Of a stretch of 64,000 nt of DNA, positions 1 to 9,799 are shown in pieces. Below the pieces are notes generated by a model, which ran no database searches, was not told the origin of the DNA, and saw only the letters and a program-made list of their open reading frames with translations. A program made the position numbers and the translations under genes. This DNA comes from a virus. Within the stretch, counting starts at the first letter, position 1. Every line of letters starts with the position of its first letter. Location: the IMG/VR virus record IMGVR_UViG_3300032291_002524, positions 42,316-106,315 of that record. One strand, 5' to 3'.

Positions 1-2
1 AC

Positions 3-1229
3 TCATAAAATTTCGCCTCTTGGAGATACTTTAATTTGTTTTCCTTCTGATTCAAATATTAAATTTTTCAAATTAGTTTTACCCAAAAATTTAATATTTT
101 GATTTTCACTTAAAATAAATTCAGATGTTAATTCTTGTTCGATAGTTTCTGATAAATTTTTAATTTCATCTAAAACACCAACTTTATTTATTTTCTTTTT
201 AATAAAGTTATTAACTTTTTTAGTTTCAATTTGTTTTTGTTCTTCTTCAGTTATTACGAAGTACTTAGATAATACTTTATCAACTTTAGATTCATTAAAC
301 ATTTCATCCATTACTCTATGTAAAGGGTTCGCAGCTTCACCGACTTCAGGTTCAACACTAATTTCATCGGAACCCATCTCATCACCCAAATCCATTGGCG
401 GATTAGAATCTGACGGTGTCATAGCAATATCTAAATCGTAATTTGAATCATCTTCATCACCTTCAAATTTAGACATAATATCTTCAACATCTTCATCAGT
501 TAAACTTGATAAATCAAGTGCTGACAATATCGAATTAATGACATATTTAATATCTTCAGATGTCATTTCTTCTTTTTCACTATAACTTCTAATTTTTTGA
601 CCTAACTTCCCGGTTATCTTTTGAATCGTTTTAAATGTAGTAACATCATCACCATTTTCATCAGACCCCGCATCAACATTAGTATCATCCATAGACGGCT
701 CATCAATTGATAAATCGTCCATACCCATATCGTCACCCATGTCCATATCTGAATCCATTTCAGGTTCAGAAACTTCAGGTGATGGTGTCATTTCAGGTTC
801 AGAAACTTCAGGTGATGGTGTCATTTCAGGTTCCATCTGTGGTGCTGATTGTTTAGGAAGTCTTAAAACTTTTTTTTGTTCACCAAACATTTCAGTTCCC
901 GATTCATTTTCATTCAATCTGTTCAGTTCACCAGCAATTAAATTTAATTTCTTTAATGCTTGTGAATATGATGAATGATATTTTCTATTTTTCATAGGTT
1001 CTGAATAATCTAACGAAGACTCATCAAGACCTTTCTTAATTATATATCCTTGTCTTTCTTTAACAATTCCATATGTATAACCATCAACTAAAACACGTGA
1101 ATAGTTTAAAGTTTGATTTTCGTTTATTTCCTTATGAGGTTTTTCACCATATGTTGCAATTTCCATAATACGGGAAATTTTATCGATTCCTTGAAGTTTT
1201 TCACTTCCTATTGGTTTTAAATCTGCCAT
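3..1229 (-). CDS. Acidic low-complexity protein, possibly prohead core/scaffold-like
   Basis: 408-aa ORF with a very D/E-rich centre and an 11-aa tandem repeat; function inferred from composition only. Confidence 0.45.
   Translation of the reverse strand: MADLKPIGSEKLQGIDKISRIMEIATYGEKPHKEINENQTLNYSRVLVDGYTYGIVKERQGYIIKKGLDESSLDYSEPMKNRKYHSSYSQALKKLNLIAGELNRLNENESGTEMFGEQKKVLRLPKQSAPQMEPEMTPSPEVSEPEMTPSPEVSEPEMDSDMDMGDDMGMDDLSIDEPSMDDTNVDAGSDENGDDVTTFKTIQKITGKLGQKIRSYSEKEEMTSEDIKYVINSILSALDLSSLTDEDVEDIMSKFEGDEDDSNYDLDIAMTPSDSNPPMDLGDEMGSDEISVEPEVGEAANPLHRVMDEMFNESKVDKVLSKYFVITEEEQKQIETKKVNNFIKKKINKVGVLDEIKNLSETIEQELTSEFILSENQNIKFLGKTNLKNLIFESEGKQIKVSPRGEIL
756..833. repeat. 33-bp tandem repeat (about 2.4 copies) encoding EPEMTPSPEVS
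   Basis: CATTTCAGGTTCAGAAACTTCAGGTGATGGTGT starts at 756 and 789, with a partial copy at 822. Confidence 0.95.
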
Positions 1230-1253
1230 TATCTATATATATATTTTTCTAGT

Positions 1254-1442
1254 TTAAGAATTTAATCCGTTAAATCCGCCAATTGCAACTGACATACATT
1301 GAAGTGAGACTTGATTATCACTGTCAGTCCACACAGGTTTAGGCGTGTTAAACGTAACCACAGAACCTGGTGTTGTCCCAGAACCTTCAACAATCCCTCT
1401 CAATACGTAGGTATAATTGGATGTACATGCCGTTGTTGCCAT
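1254..1442 (-). CDS. Small hypothetical protein
   Basis: 62-aa ORF co-oriented and tightly packed with its neighbours. Confidence 0.65.
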   Translation of the reverse strand: MATTACTSNYTYVLRGIVEGSGTTPGSVVTFNTPKPVWTDSDNQVSLQCMSVAIGGFNGLNS

Positions 1443-1444
1443 AA

Positions 1445-2248
1445 TTATTTTTTCTTTATAAATATATTATTTTGTTTATAAAGTTCATTTTCTTTTAATG
1501 ATAATTTCTTATCTATAATGTTATTTTCCAATTTTTGCAATTTTTCCAAATATCCATTTCTTCTTAAAACTTTATATACCAAGTTTTCATAAGAATATTC
1601 ACCACCATTGTTTAATCCTGACGTTCTATAATTTCTTAATTTTTCTTTATGTTTGTTAATAACATCTTTTGCAACATCGATTTCTTCATCTTCAAGATTT
1701 CTTACCAATTCATCAATGATTGACATCCAATTTTCAGTCTTTTCTTTAAGTTTTTTATTATCTATTACGACTTCTTCTTTTTTGGGTTTTTCAATCCATT
1801 CATCATTCATTACCGAATAAACGCCTGTGGAAAAATGAGGTTCAGTTGCGTTCTGAACATATAGTTCAACATCAAAACCTTTTATTTTAATGTCATGCAT
1901 TAAATTGAAATAATTTTTCTTTAACCTAAAAAGGTCTTCATAAAGGTCTTTGTTTTCATCATAATTGTCAAAATCACTAATAATGTGTAAATCAACATCT
2001 GAAAACTCTGACCAATTATAATTTGAAAGGGAACCCGTCATAATAATATCTTCAATAAAGATATCAACATTAAGAAACTCGATAAATTCTATCGCTATTT
2101 CTATTAACCTTTCACGAATTTCGGGTTTCATTTTTTCGCTCTGAGCGTCAGAATCACCCGTAAATTTTCCATTTGGCGTATACCAAATATCTGGACATAA
2201 ATTATCCTGTACTTTAAAACTTTGTGCTATTGTTTTGAAATCACTCAC
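1445..2248 (-). CDS. Pol-beta superfamily nucleotidyltransferase
   Basis: Motif MTGSLSNYNWSEFSDVDLH (GS...DxD) plus a downstream DVELY. Confidence 0.8.
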   Translation of the reverse strand: MSDFKTIAQSFKVQDNLCPDIWYTPNGKFTGDSDAQSEKMKPEIRERLIEIAIEFIEFLNVDIFIEDIIMTGSLSNYNWSEFSDVDLHIISDFDNYDENKDLYEDLFRLKKNYFNLMHDIKIKGFDVELYVQNATEPHFSTGVYSVMNDEWIEKPKKEEVVIDNKKLKEKTENWMSIIDELVRNLEDEEIDVAKDVINKHKEKLRNYRTSGLNNGGEYSYENLVYKVLRRNGYLEKLQKLENNIIDKKLSLKENELYKQNNIFIKKK

Positions 2249-2268
2249 AAATATAAATACATCAAATA

Positions 2269-2511
2269 TTATAATTTTCTAAATTCATAATTTTTACTAA
2301 TCTCATTTGTAAAAAATTTACCTTGGGATTCCGATAATCTGAATTGGGCATAAACTTTATGTGGAACATTTTTATATTCATATTGTAACCCGTTGTTAAA
2401 GGTTACTGTCATGATTTGTGTTGAAACATTGTAGGTACTTTCCTTAATGTTTGATGACTTAATGATATTATAAATCATATCGCCTTTGATTTCTTCTTTA
2501 ATAATACTCAT
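2269..2511 (-). CDS. KTSC domain protein
   Basis: SSNI..STYN....MTVTFNNG..YEY.NVP..VY..F..SES.GKFF matches the KTSC pattern. Confidence 0.9.
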   Translation of the reverse strand: MSIIKEEIKGDMIYNIIKSSNIKESTYNVSTQIMTVTFNNGLQYEYKNVPHKVYAQFRLSESQGKFFTNEISKNYEFRKL

Positions 2512-2542
2512 GTCAATAAATATAGAATCAATTTAAAATAAG

Positions 2543-2569
2543 AAACCCCTTCTTTTGAAAGGGGTTTTT
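2543..2569. terminator. Intrinsic terminator
   Basis: AAACCCCTT-loop-AAGGGGTTT hairpin with A/T tails. Confidence 0.7.
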
Positions 2570-2574
2570 CATTG

Positions 2575-3033
2575 TTATTCGTATTTTTTAAGTTCGTCCC
2601 TAACCTTAATGGCTTCTTCGAATTCTTGTTTTTCAATATGAGATTTTAATTTTTCTTGTAATTCATTAATTAAACCTTCATTTTCTTCAAGGTCTTTAAT
2701 TGTATCACGAAGTTTAATCGCCAATAGAAAATCTTCATTCTTAACCGCAATATCCAATTCTTTCTTTAAAGATTCGATTTTTGATGTTGGTTTGTTTTCT
2801 TTTCTTTTATCACTACCATCATATGTTTTTATATAAGTTGTGATTTTATAAAAACCATCTTTTGATGTGTATGTTTGTTTGGTCCAATCCCCATTAGAAT
2901 CTGAACCATTTTCGGTTTTTGTTTCACCTTTAAAAGTTAATGGTGAATCATAACCACCAATCATTTCATTTAATTCATCCATAAGTTCTTTTAAACTTTT
3001 ACTGTTTCTTCCAAATAAATCGAACATATTCAT
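2575..3033 (-). CDS. Protein with two UVR (UvrB/UvrC) coiled-coil motifs, candidate ClpC adaptor
   Basis: LDIAVKNEDFLLAIKLRDTI and LKSHIEKQEFEEAIKVRDEL; divergent from clpC. Confidence 0.75.
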   Translation of the reverse strand: MNMFDLFGRNSKSLKELMDELNEMIGGYDSPLTFKGETKTENGSDSNGDWTKQTYTSKDGFYKITTYIKTYDGSDKRKENKPTSKIESLKKELDIAVKNEDFLLAIKLRDTIKDLEENEGLINELQEKLKSHIEKQEFEEAIKVRDELKKYE

Positions 3034-3191
3034 AATATTATTATTTTTGTTTATATTTTTTTTTCAGGTTTACTAAAACCGTGCCAAAAGATTTTTGTAT
3101 GGAAAAAATGACATAATGTCGTATTATCATTATTTTATACTGACATATTGTCATGTTGATTATCTAAAAATTAATTTTATATTTGTGGTGT

Positions 3192-5252
3192 ATGATAGAT
3201 TTTGACGATAATCAAGAAGCAGGAAAGAAGAAAACTTCCAAATCAGAAAATACGGGAAGTTCAACCCCCGTTTTAGATAATTTTTCTCGTGATTTAATTA
3301 AATTGGCATCCGAAGGTAAATTAGACCCCGTTATTGGTCGAGATATTGAAATTAATAGACTTGCCCAAATTATATCAAGGAGAAAGAAAAATAACCCAAT
3401 ATTAATCGGTGAGCCCGGTTGTGGAAAAACAGCTGTGGTTGAAGGATTGGCCATCAAAATTTTTGAAGGTAATTGCCCTCAAAATTTGTTAGATAAACGA
3501 ATTGTTAGTTTGGATATGACATCAATCGTTGCAGGTACCAAATATCGTGGTCAATTTGAAGAACGTTTAAAAGTTATTTTAGATGAACTTCGAGATAATC
3601 ATGAAACCATTGTGTTTATTGATGAAATTCACACAATTATAGGTGCGGGTAATTCTTCGGGGTCACTTGACGCATCCAACATCTTTAAACCTGCACTTGC
3701 ACGTGGAGAACTCCAATGTATCGGAGCAACAACCTTGGACGAATATCGGGAACATATTGAAAAGGACGGAGCATTGGAAAGACGGTTCCAAAAGGTTTTA
3801 GTTGAACCATCTTCAATTGAAGATACAATCACAATCCTAATGAGAGCCAAGGAAAACTATGAAAAACACCATAAAGTTTTCTTCAGTGAAGAATCAATTA
3901 AAGCATGTGTTCATTTGGCCGATAGGTATATAACTGACCGAAGTTTTCCTGATAAAGCAATTGATATCATGGATGAAGTCGGAGCTCGTAGTCAAATCGC
4001 TGTTAAATTACCGGAAGTTATTGAACAGTTAAAAGAAGAAGCTGAAAAAATAAAACAGAGTAAGTTAGATGTTGTTAGAAATCAGAGATTTGAGGAAGCC
4101 GCAGAACTTCGTGACCGTGAACGAAAAGTGTTAAAACAATTACAAGAAGAAAAAGAAAAGTTTGAAAATGACCGTTTAACAAATAAAAAACTTGTCGATG
4201 AGAACATGGTGTATGAAGTGGTTGCATCAATGACAAAGATACCAATCACCAAATTGACACAGTCAGAATCAGAATCACTACTTCAATTAGAACAAAATTT
4301 ACAAAATTCAGTTATTGGTCAAGATGATGCTGTTAGTAAAATTGCAAAGGCAATCCGACGAAATCGTGTTGGGATTAAAGAACCTAACAAACCAATTGGT
4401 TCATTTATTTTTCTTGGGTCCACAGGTATTGGTAAAACCCATTTGGCTAAACAATTAGCAAAAGAAGTTTTTGGTGATTCGGACGCATTAATTCGAATGG
4501 ATATGTCAGAATATCAAGAAAAATTTACAATGTCTCGTTTGATTGGTTCACCTCCGGGTTATGTTGGATTTAATGAAGGAGGTCAATTGACTGAACAGGT
4601 TAGAAATAAACCATATTCGGTAATATTATTTGACGAAATCGAAAAGGCCCATAAAGATATCTTCACTTTATTGTTACAAACAATGGACGAAGGGTTCTTA
4701 ACCGATAGTAATGGTAGAAAAATTAATTTCAAAAATACCGTTATTATTATGACATCTAACATTGGTGCTAGAAAAGTTCAAGAATTCGGTGCTGGTGTTG
4801 GTTTTGGCACAAGTGCTAAAATGGATAAAGAACTTGAAATAAAGAAAATGGCAGTAGAGGATGAACTGAAGAAGTTTTTCCCACCTGAATTTATAAATCG
4901 TGTTGATGATATTGTATTCTTTAATTCATTAAAAGAAGATGAAGTGAATCAGATTGTTAAAATTGAATTATCAAAATTAACCAACAGACTTTCATCTATG
5001 AACTATAAAATCGAAATAGGTGACGAAATGTTGAAACATATTTGTGAAATTGGTTTCGATGAAAAGTTTGGGGCCAGACCTATTAAAAGAGCAATTCAAA
5101 GTCAAATTGAAGACTTTATTTCCGATGAAATATTAAAAGGTAATTTAATCACTGATATTGAATATACTGTGGATTATATAGATGGTTCACCTTTATTAAT
5201 AACCAAAGATTCAAAACCGAAACGAGTAAAGAAAAAGAAAGAAACTGAATAA
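3192..5252 (+). CDS. clpC: ClpC-type Hsp100 AAA+ unfoldase lacking the N-terminal Clp_N domain
   Basis: Walker A GEPGCGKT and GSTGIGKT, IDEIH and FDEIEK, UVR middle domain RFEEAAELRD, ClpP-docking loop VGFG; start set to ATG 3192 after the TATATTTG box. Confidence 0.93.
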   Translation: MIDFDDNQEAGKKKTSKSENTGSSTPVLDNFSRDLIKLASEGKLDPVIGRDIEINRLAQIISRRKKNNPILIGEPGCGKTAVVEGLAIKIFEGNCPQNLLDKRIVSLDMTSIVAGTKYRGQFEERLKVILDELRDNHETIVFIDEIHTIIGAGNSSGSLDASNIFKPALARGELQCIGATTLDEYREHIEKDGALERRFQKVLVEPSSIEDTITILMRAKENYEKHHKVFFSEESIKACVHLADRYITDRSFPDKAIDIMDEVGARSQIAVKLPEVIEQLKEEAEKIKQSKLDVVRNQRFEEAAELRDRERKVLKQLQEEKEKFENDRLTNKKLVDENMVYEVVASMTKIPITKLTQSESESLLQLEQNLQNSVIGQDDAVSKIAKAIRRNRVGIKEPNKPIGSFIFLGSTGIGKTHLAKQLAKEVFGDSDALIRMDMSEYQEKFTMSRLIGSPPGYVGFNEGGQLTEQVRNKPYSVILFDEIEKAHKDIFTLLLQTMDEGFLTDSNGRKINFKNTVIIMTSNIGARKVQEFGAGVGFGTSAKMDKELEIKKMAVEDELKKFFPPEFINRVDDIVFFNSLKEDEVNQIVKIELSKLTNRLSSMNYKIEIGDEMLKHICEIGFDEKFGARPIKRAIQSQIEDFISDEILKGNLITDIEYTVDYIDGSPLLITKDSKPKRVKKKKETE

Positions 5253-5282
5253 AAAAAGGGGGTTGAAAAACCCCCTTTTTTT
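5251..5282. terminator. Bidirectional intrinsic terminator after clpC
   Basis: A-run-GGGGGTT-GAAA-AACCCCC-T-run. Confidence 0.85.
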
Positions 5283-5318
5283 ATTCTTAATATTAAACTT
5301 TTTGATAAAAATACCGCA

Positions 5319-5349
5319 CAAAAAAAAGGGTCGTAATCGACCCTTTTTA
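5319..5349. terminator. Intrinsic terminator
   Basis: A-run-GGGTCG-TAAT-CGACCC-T-run. Confidence 0.8.
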
Positions 5350-5350
5350 T

Positions 5351-6172
5351 TTAACTAAATAACATCCACCGTTCCATTTTTGGTTGATGGTCGTATTTAA
5401 CATTACCCAAAGATTCAATCATTTTTTTACCCATTTCAATCGAGTTAAATAAATCTTCAATTACCACATATTCATTCGGTGTGTGATAATCATAATACCC
5501 ACAAGATACATTAATACATGAAATGTTAAATTTACCTGTAATCTGAGATACATCGGTATAAGGATGTTTCATCAATTCATGTTTAGGTCCCATGTATTGT
5601 TCTAATAATGGACCAACTTTTTCGAAAAATTCAGAATCACGGTCAAATAACTTAACCCCCCAACAATATTCAGTAACCATCCAAGATTCGGGTGCGTCGT
5701 ATTGAATTGCATATCCAACATTCGAAAAGAATTCAGGGTCTGCTTTTCTTGAACCGTGACAACCTGTTTCTTCCGCTACGAAAAATGCGACTTTTAAAAC
5801 ATCTAATTGTTCTAAAAGGTCTAAACCTGCGTAAACACCACATTTATCGTCACCACCAATACCAACTGGTCTTCCTGTATATTTGTGATATGCTTTAAAT
5901 GAAGGTTTTTCAACACCATATACATTTGGTAACATTTCTTCTCTAACAACCATATCGGTTATTGAGTGTACAGTATCTGTGTGAGCAATAACACATGGGT
6001 ACCACTCAGCAGTACCTTTGGTTACATAAATGTTTCCATTTTCTTGAACTTTGTAATCGTAATTTTTTGATTGCAAGTACTCAACCAAGTATTGAATCAT
6101 CAAATCTTCTTGATAAGTTTTTGTAGGTATGGATAATACCTCTTTCAGGTGGGCAATTTTTTCTTCTGTCAT
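5351..6172 (-). CDS. M20/M28-family zinc peptidase
   Basis: AHTDTV, GGDDKCG, EETG and a terminal YHT metal-ligand motif. Confidence 0.85.
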   Translation of the reverse strand: MTEEKIAHLKEVLSIPTKTYQEDLMIQYLVEYLQSKNYDYKVQENGNIYVTKGTAEWYPCVIAHTDTVHSITDMVVREEMLPNVYGVEKPSFKAYHKYTGRPVGIGGDDKCGVYAGLDLLEQLDVLKVAFFVAEETGCHGSRKADPEFFSNVGYAIQYDAPESWMVTEYCWGVKLFDRDSEFFEKVGPLLEQYMGPKHELMKHPYTDVSQITGKFNISCINVSCGYYDYHTPNEYVVIEDLFNSIEMGKKMIESLGNVKYDHQPKMERWMLFS

Positions 6173-6205
6173 TTATCCACAAATATACGACAAAATTACA
6201 ACTTA

Positions 6206-8359
6206 TCAAAATAATTTATAGTTTCTCATTAAAGATTCCAACTGTTCCAAAGATAATGAATATCTTTTTTTAGTATAAGAACCTGATGATGACATTTCAA
6301 TAATCACATCATTGTCAGGTTCAACACTTACAACAGACATGTATGTACCTGGCATTGTTTTAACTTCTTTTTTAACATTAAATCCAAAATTCTTAATTAC
6401 GTAATCAATTGTCTCTTTATATTGGTCTATATTATCAAATATACCATCTTCATCATCAACTAAAGACTCATAAAATTCTTTTAAATAATATGTTGACTCT
6501 TTATGCCAAGATTCAATGAATTTAGTATCATCTCTATGTTCCCAATAATTTTCAGTAACATCGGTAGGACCATAATCTTCAACTTTTATTGCCAATAATT
6601 TACGTACTGAATAATTTGGGTCTTTACCATCTATTTTTTTATCTTCATAGAGTTTTAAAATATTATCGACCGTACTTACATAGTGTCTATATAGTTTCAC
6701 TTTATTAACACCAAACGCAGACATTACATCACCGTATTCTGTATTAATTGCATCTTTAACACCGGATTGAAATCCTATTTCCATTGAATATGTGTATTCA
6801 TCAACTAATCGACTATATAATTTTTCATTTGATGATAATAAATTTGCAACTTCTGAATAATATTTTGTTGAATCTTTATCTGATTTAGTTGAAAAAAGTT
6901 TTGGGTCCAATAATTTTACGATGTTATCCAAAATATCATTACCCTCATCACTTAAATACTCAAGAGCGTATCCTGCATCAAAATCTTGTTCAGCAGTGTA
7001 ACTATCAAAAAACTCATAATCACTACCATAATGACCAATTATACTTTGTATTACCGATATCGAATGTGAGTAAATTGAATATTTAAGAATGCTTTCTAAA
7101 TAATCATTACTTGATTCAAAAAATATGTGTAAATCATTACCATCAATTTCCAAATTTTCATCATACGCAAAGGCCTCATCCGCACTAATTTTTCCCGATT
7201 TAAAATTCAATAAAGTCTTATAATCGTTTGTGTTTATATTTAAAACATTAGAAATGATATCATCCATTCCTGGCATATTTGAATATAACGTATCAAAATT
7301 ACTTCTATTGTCTTGTTGGTCCCAAACCTCAATAGACTTTATCGACCCACGTTCATTTTTATTTACAGGTATCCTTAGGGCAAATTTTGAATATTTGTCA
7401 TCTCTTCCTTTTTTATTGATAACATAATAAAATTTAGAATTAGAGGTATAATCGTCAAAATATCTCGATGAATCCTTAGACGCGACACACCATTTGGTTT
7501 CACGACCATAGACACATGACGCATTATGTGTTAATGGTTGAACTATTAAATAATTTGAATCTTCATATATTTTTTTAGATTCTTTCTTTGCATTTTTTAT
7601 TTGTTCTCTTGTTGCCGTAAATTGTTTTAAGTGGTTGTAAAATTCTCTAAGAGATTGTATATCAGGATACGAATTAATGTCTTTTGGGGCTTTGCCAATT
7701 TTATCCCAAATATTTCCATAATTTGTTAAATCACCATTTTTAATTCGATTATTCCAATCATCAATTGAATACTGGTTGGTTTTATTTTCGATAAAATCCA
7801 TATATTCCGATACTCGCCTTAATGTTGTATCCAATCCTACGGGTGCTGGCTTGTTTCTTTCATCTTTTATTCGTTTAAAAAACCAAGGAATGTATTTTTT
7901 GTTATTTGATAAATCGGCAGCCCAAAGAGCATCAAAGAAAGATTTCTTAACCAATTCATCATCCCTTTCTTCCCAATCGATAGGTAATTCCAAATATTTT
8001 TGAAAAAAGTCGGACCGTTTATCTTCTCTAATTAAACCTTCAAATAGATTACTTAAATCTTCATCAGGACCATTTAGTATTACGTCGATATAATGTGATG
8101 TTTCAGAAATATCATCATTAATATCACCAATAAACTCTGTTTTATCACCATATTCGACGTAATATTTTCCGTCATTATCAATTATTAGTGTAAATATATC
8201 ATCGCCCTCAATAACATATTGTTCAGTACCAAGTGAATATATACCATCATAAACACAAGTTATATTTTTAGGTATAAAATCAAAATATTCAAGAATATCT
8301 AAAACTCTATCTAAATGTGAAAAATATGATTGGTCCTGTCCGTAATAAGTAATTTCCAT
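6206..8359 (-). CDS. Large phage protein with a PLT..S..YG..TKWC domain (PcfJ-like), paralogue of 48650 and 52288
   Basis: IVQPLTHNASCVYGRETKWCVAS shared with two other ORFs in the window. Confidence 0.6.
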   Translation of the reverse strand: MEITYYGQDQSYFSHLDRVLDILEYFDFIPKNITCVYDGIYSLGTEQYVIEGDDIFTLIIDNDGKYYVEYGDKTEFIGDINDDISETSHYIDVILNGPDEDLSNLFEGLIREDKRSDFFQKYLELPIDWEERDDELVKKSFFDALWAADLSNNKKYIPWFFKRIKDERNKPAPVGLDTTLRRVSEYMDFIENKTNQYSIDDWNNRIKNGDLTNYGNIWDKIGKAPKDINSYPDIQSLREFYNHLKQFTATREQIKNAKKESKKIYEDSNYLIVQPLTHNASCVYGRETKWCVASKDSSRYFDDYTSNSKFYYVINKKGRDDKYSKFALRIPVNKNERGSIKSIEVWDQQDNRSNFDTLYSNMPGMDDIISNVLNINTNDYKTLLNFKSGKISADEAFAYDENLEIDGNDLHIFFESSNDYLESILKYSIYSHSISVIQSIIGHYGSDYEFFDSYTAEQDFDAGYALEYLSDEGNDILDNIVKLLDPKLFSTKSDKDSTKYYSEVANLLSSNEKLYSRLVDEYTYSMEIGFQSGVKDAINTEYGDVMSAFGVNKVKLYRHYVSTVDNILKLYEDKKIDGKDPNYSVRKLLAIKVEDYGPTDVTENYWEHRDDTKFIESWHKESTYYLKEFYESLVDDEDGIFDNIDQYKETIDYVIKNFGFNVKKEVKTMPGTYMSVVSVEPDNDVIIEMSSSGSYTKKRYSLSLEQLESLMRNYKLF

Positions 8360-8416
8360 ATATAAATAAATACTTGTATTTGGAAGTTTAATAAAGTATT
8401 TATATATTTGTATAAG

Positions 8417-8498
8417 AAATCACGGGTGGCTCCCTTAATAGTTAAGGCTGACCTTAAGCATCTGACGTTATGTCTATACAGGGGGCGAAAGTGATTTT
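8417..8498 (+). ncRNA. Structured RNA of about 80 nt in the tmRNA leader
   Basis: Nested stems AAATCAC/GTGATTT, GCTCCCT/AGGGGGC, ATAG/CTAT and hairpin TTAAGG-CTGA-CCTTAA; follows the TATATTTG box at 8403-8410. Confidence 0.6.
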
Positions 8499-8518
8499 CA
8501 TAAGTTCTTTGAAAATAT

Positions 8519-8901
8519 GGGGATGACACAGAATTGATTGGCGTGGTTAGTCAATTGGTGCACGTATGAGCTGAATTAACTCATTAAAAACTGATTTAAA
8601 AACACAAACGGCAACGTTTTAAATAAAATGGCTGCTTGCGGTTTAATCCGTGAAGACGCTGCTGTTGTAGCTTAATCAGCACAACACACTCAGGTCGGGG
8701 GACATATAACCTAGGAACAGAAGTCTTTAGAGGTGTGGTTTCTATCTTAAAAGAAACAAGTGGAGGATTAGTTCTCAGTAAACCGAACCACTATAAAATA
8801 AGGGAATTGTGAATTTCGGAACATTAGCAAATGTTGACCTAAACGTGTAGGACCTTTTGGTTAAGACGAACAAGACCGCGGGGCAGTGCCGCGCATCTCC
8901 A
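8519..8901 (+). ncRNA. ssrA: tmRNA; predicted tag (A)GNVLNKMAACGLIREDAAVVA at 8610-8675
   Basis: Acceptor GGGGATG/CATCTCC-A with G3.U70, T-arm CGCGG-GGCAGTG-CCGCG, 383 nt long, internal ORF ending in an Ala-rich hydrophobic tail. Confidence 0.93.
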
Positions 8902-8955
8902 GGCTCACAATTGAATACCTCCACGTGGTGTGAGCTGGGTAACGCTAAATTCAAT
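8902..8955 (+). ncRNA. Minimal HDV-like (theta-type) self-cleaving ribozyme
   Basis: P1 GGCTCAC/GTGAGCT (G1.U), P2 ATTGAAT/ATTCAAT, P3 ACC/GGT, L3 TCCACGT, P1.1 GG, J4/2 CTAA. Confidence 0.88.
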
Positions 8956-8983
8956 AATCATTACAGTTATTAATTAAAAATTA

Positions 8984-9012
8984 AAGTGGTCAAATTCGAC
9001 CACTTTTTTTTT
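8984..9012 (+). terminator. Intrinsic terminator of the tmRNA transcript
   Basis: AAAGTGGTC-AAATTC-GACCACTTT followed by a T-run. Confidence 0.85.
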
Positions 9013-9061
9013 GTGCATTTAAAATCTATTTAGTATCTTTGTATTACTAAACACCACCACT

Positions 9062-9799
9062 ATGAACACAATCATTAAACACAACACAAGAGTAAGAAAT
9101 TACAACGGGCAAAACGATTTTATCCGTAAAATGAAAGAAGTTGTATATCAGTACGGAGGATTAACAGAAAAACAAGCATTGGCAGTTGAAAAGGCACTTA
9201 GTGAGAAAACAAATGTCGATACTCGTTCCTTACCAGATAATCTAAAATCGATTGCCGATTATTCGGGGGATAATGTATTCGTGTTGGATGTTAAAAGTAA
9301 ATTCCTTAAATATGGTACTTTAACAGATGCCCAAGTATCTGCGGCGAATAAACAAATTAAAAAAGAAGACGAATCAAAACAACGTATTGATGTCAATATT
9401 GATGTGATTGGTGAAACAGTAATTGTTGGTCGAAACACGGGTGAAAAGTTGAAGAAAGATAAAGGTTTAAATTTTAACCCTGTTCTATTGGATATTACCG
9501 AAGTTATGACCTTAACTGCTAAGGCAATTAAATTTAAAGGTAAATTAACAACTAAAAACGGTAACATTTGTAAGTCTTGCGGACGAGTATTAACTGATGA
9601 ATTTTCACGGTTAACGGGTTATGGTAAGACTTGTGCGAAACATTTGGGTGTTGAATATATTAAAGACGAATCTGAAGTTGAGCGTTTTAATCAGGAAGCA
9701 CTTCAAAAAGTTGAAGAAATTGGTGAAATGGAATTTTGGGTTCCTCGTCGTCAAATCAAAGTATGGAATGGTGAAAGTGCAATTTTAATGAAAATGTAA
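9062..9799 (+). CDS. Hypothetical protein with a DUF6011-like zinc ribbon
   Basis: CKSCGRVLTDEFSRLTGYGKTCA. Confidence 0.65.
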   Translation: MNTIIKHNTRVRNYNGQNDFIRKMKEVVYQYGGLTEKQALAVEKALSEKTNVDTRSLPDNLKSIADYSGDNVFVLDVKSKFLKYGTLTDAQVSAANKQIKKEDESKQRIDVNIDVIGETVIVGRNTGEKLKKDKGLNFNPVLLDITEVMTLTAKAIKFKGKLTTKNGNICKSCGRVLTDEFSRLTGYGKTCAKHLGVEYIKDESEVERFNQEALQKVEEIGEMEFWVPRRQIKVWNGESAILMKM

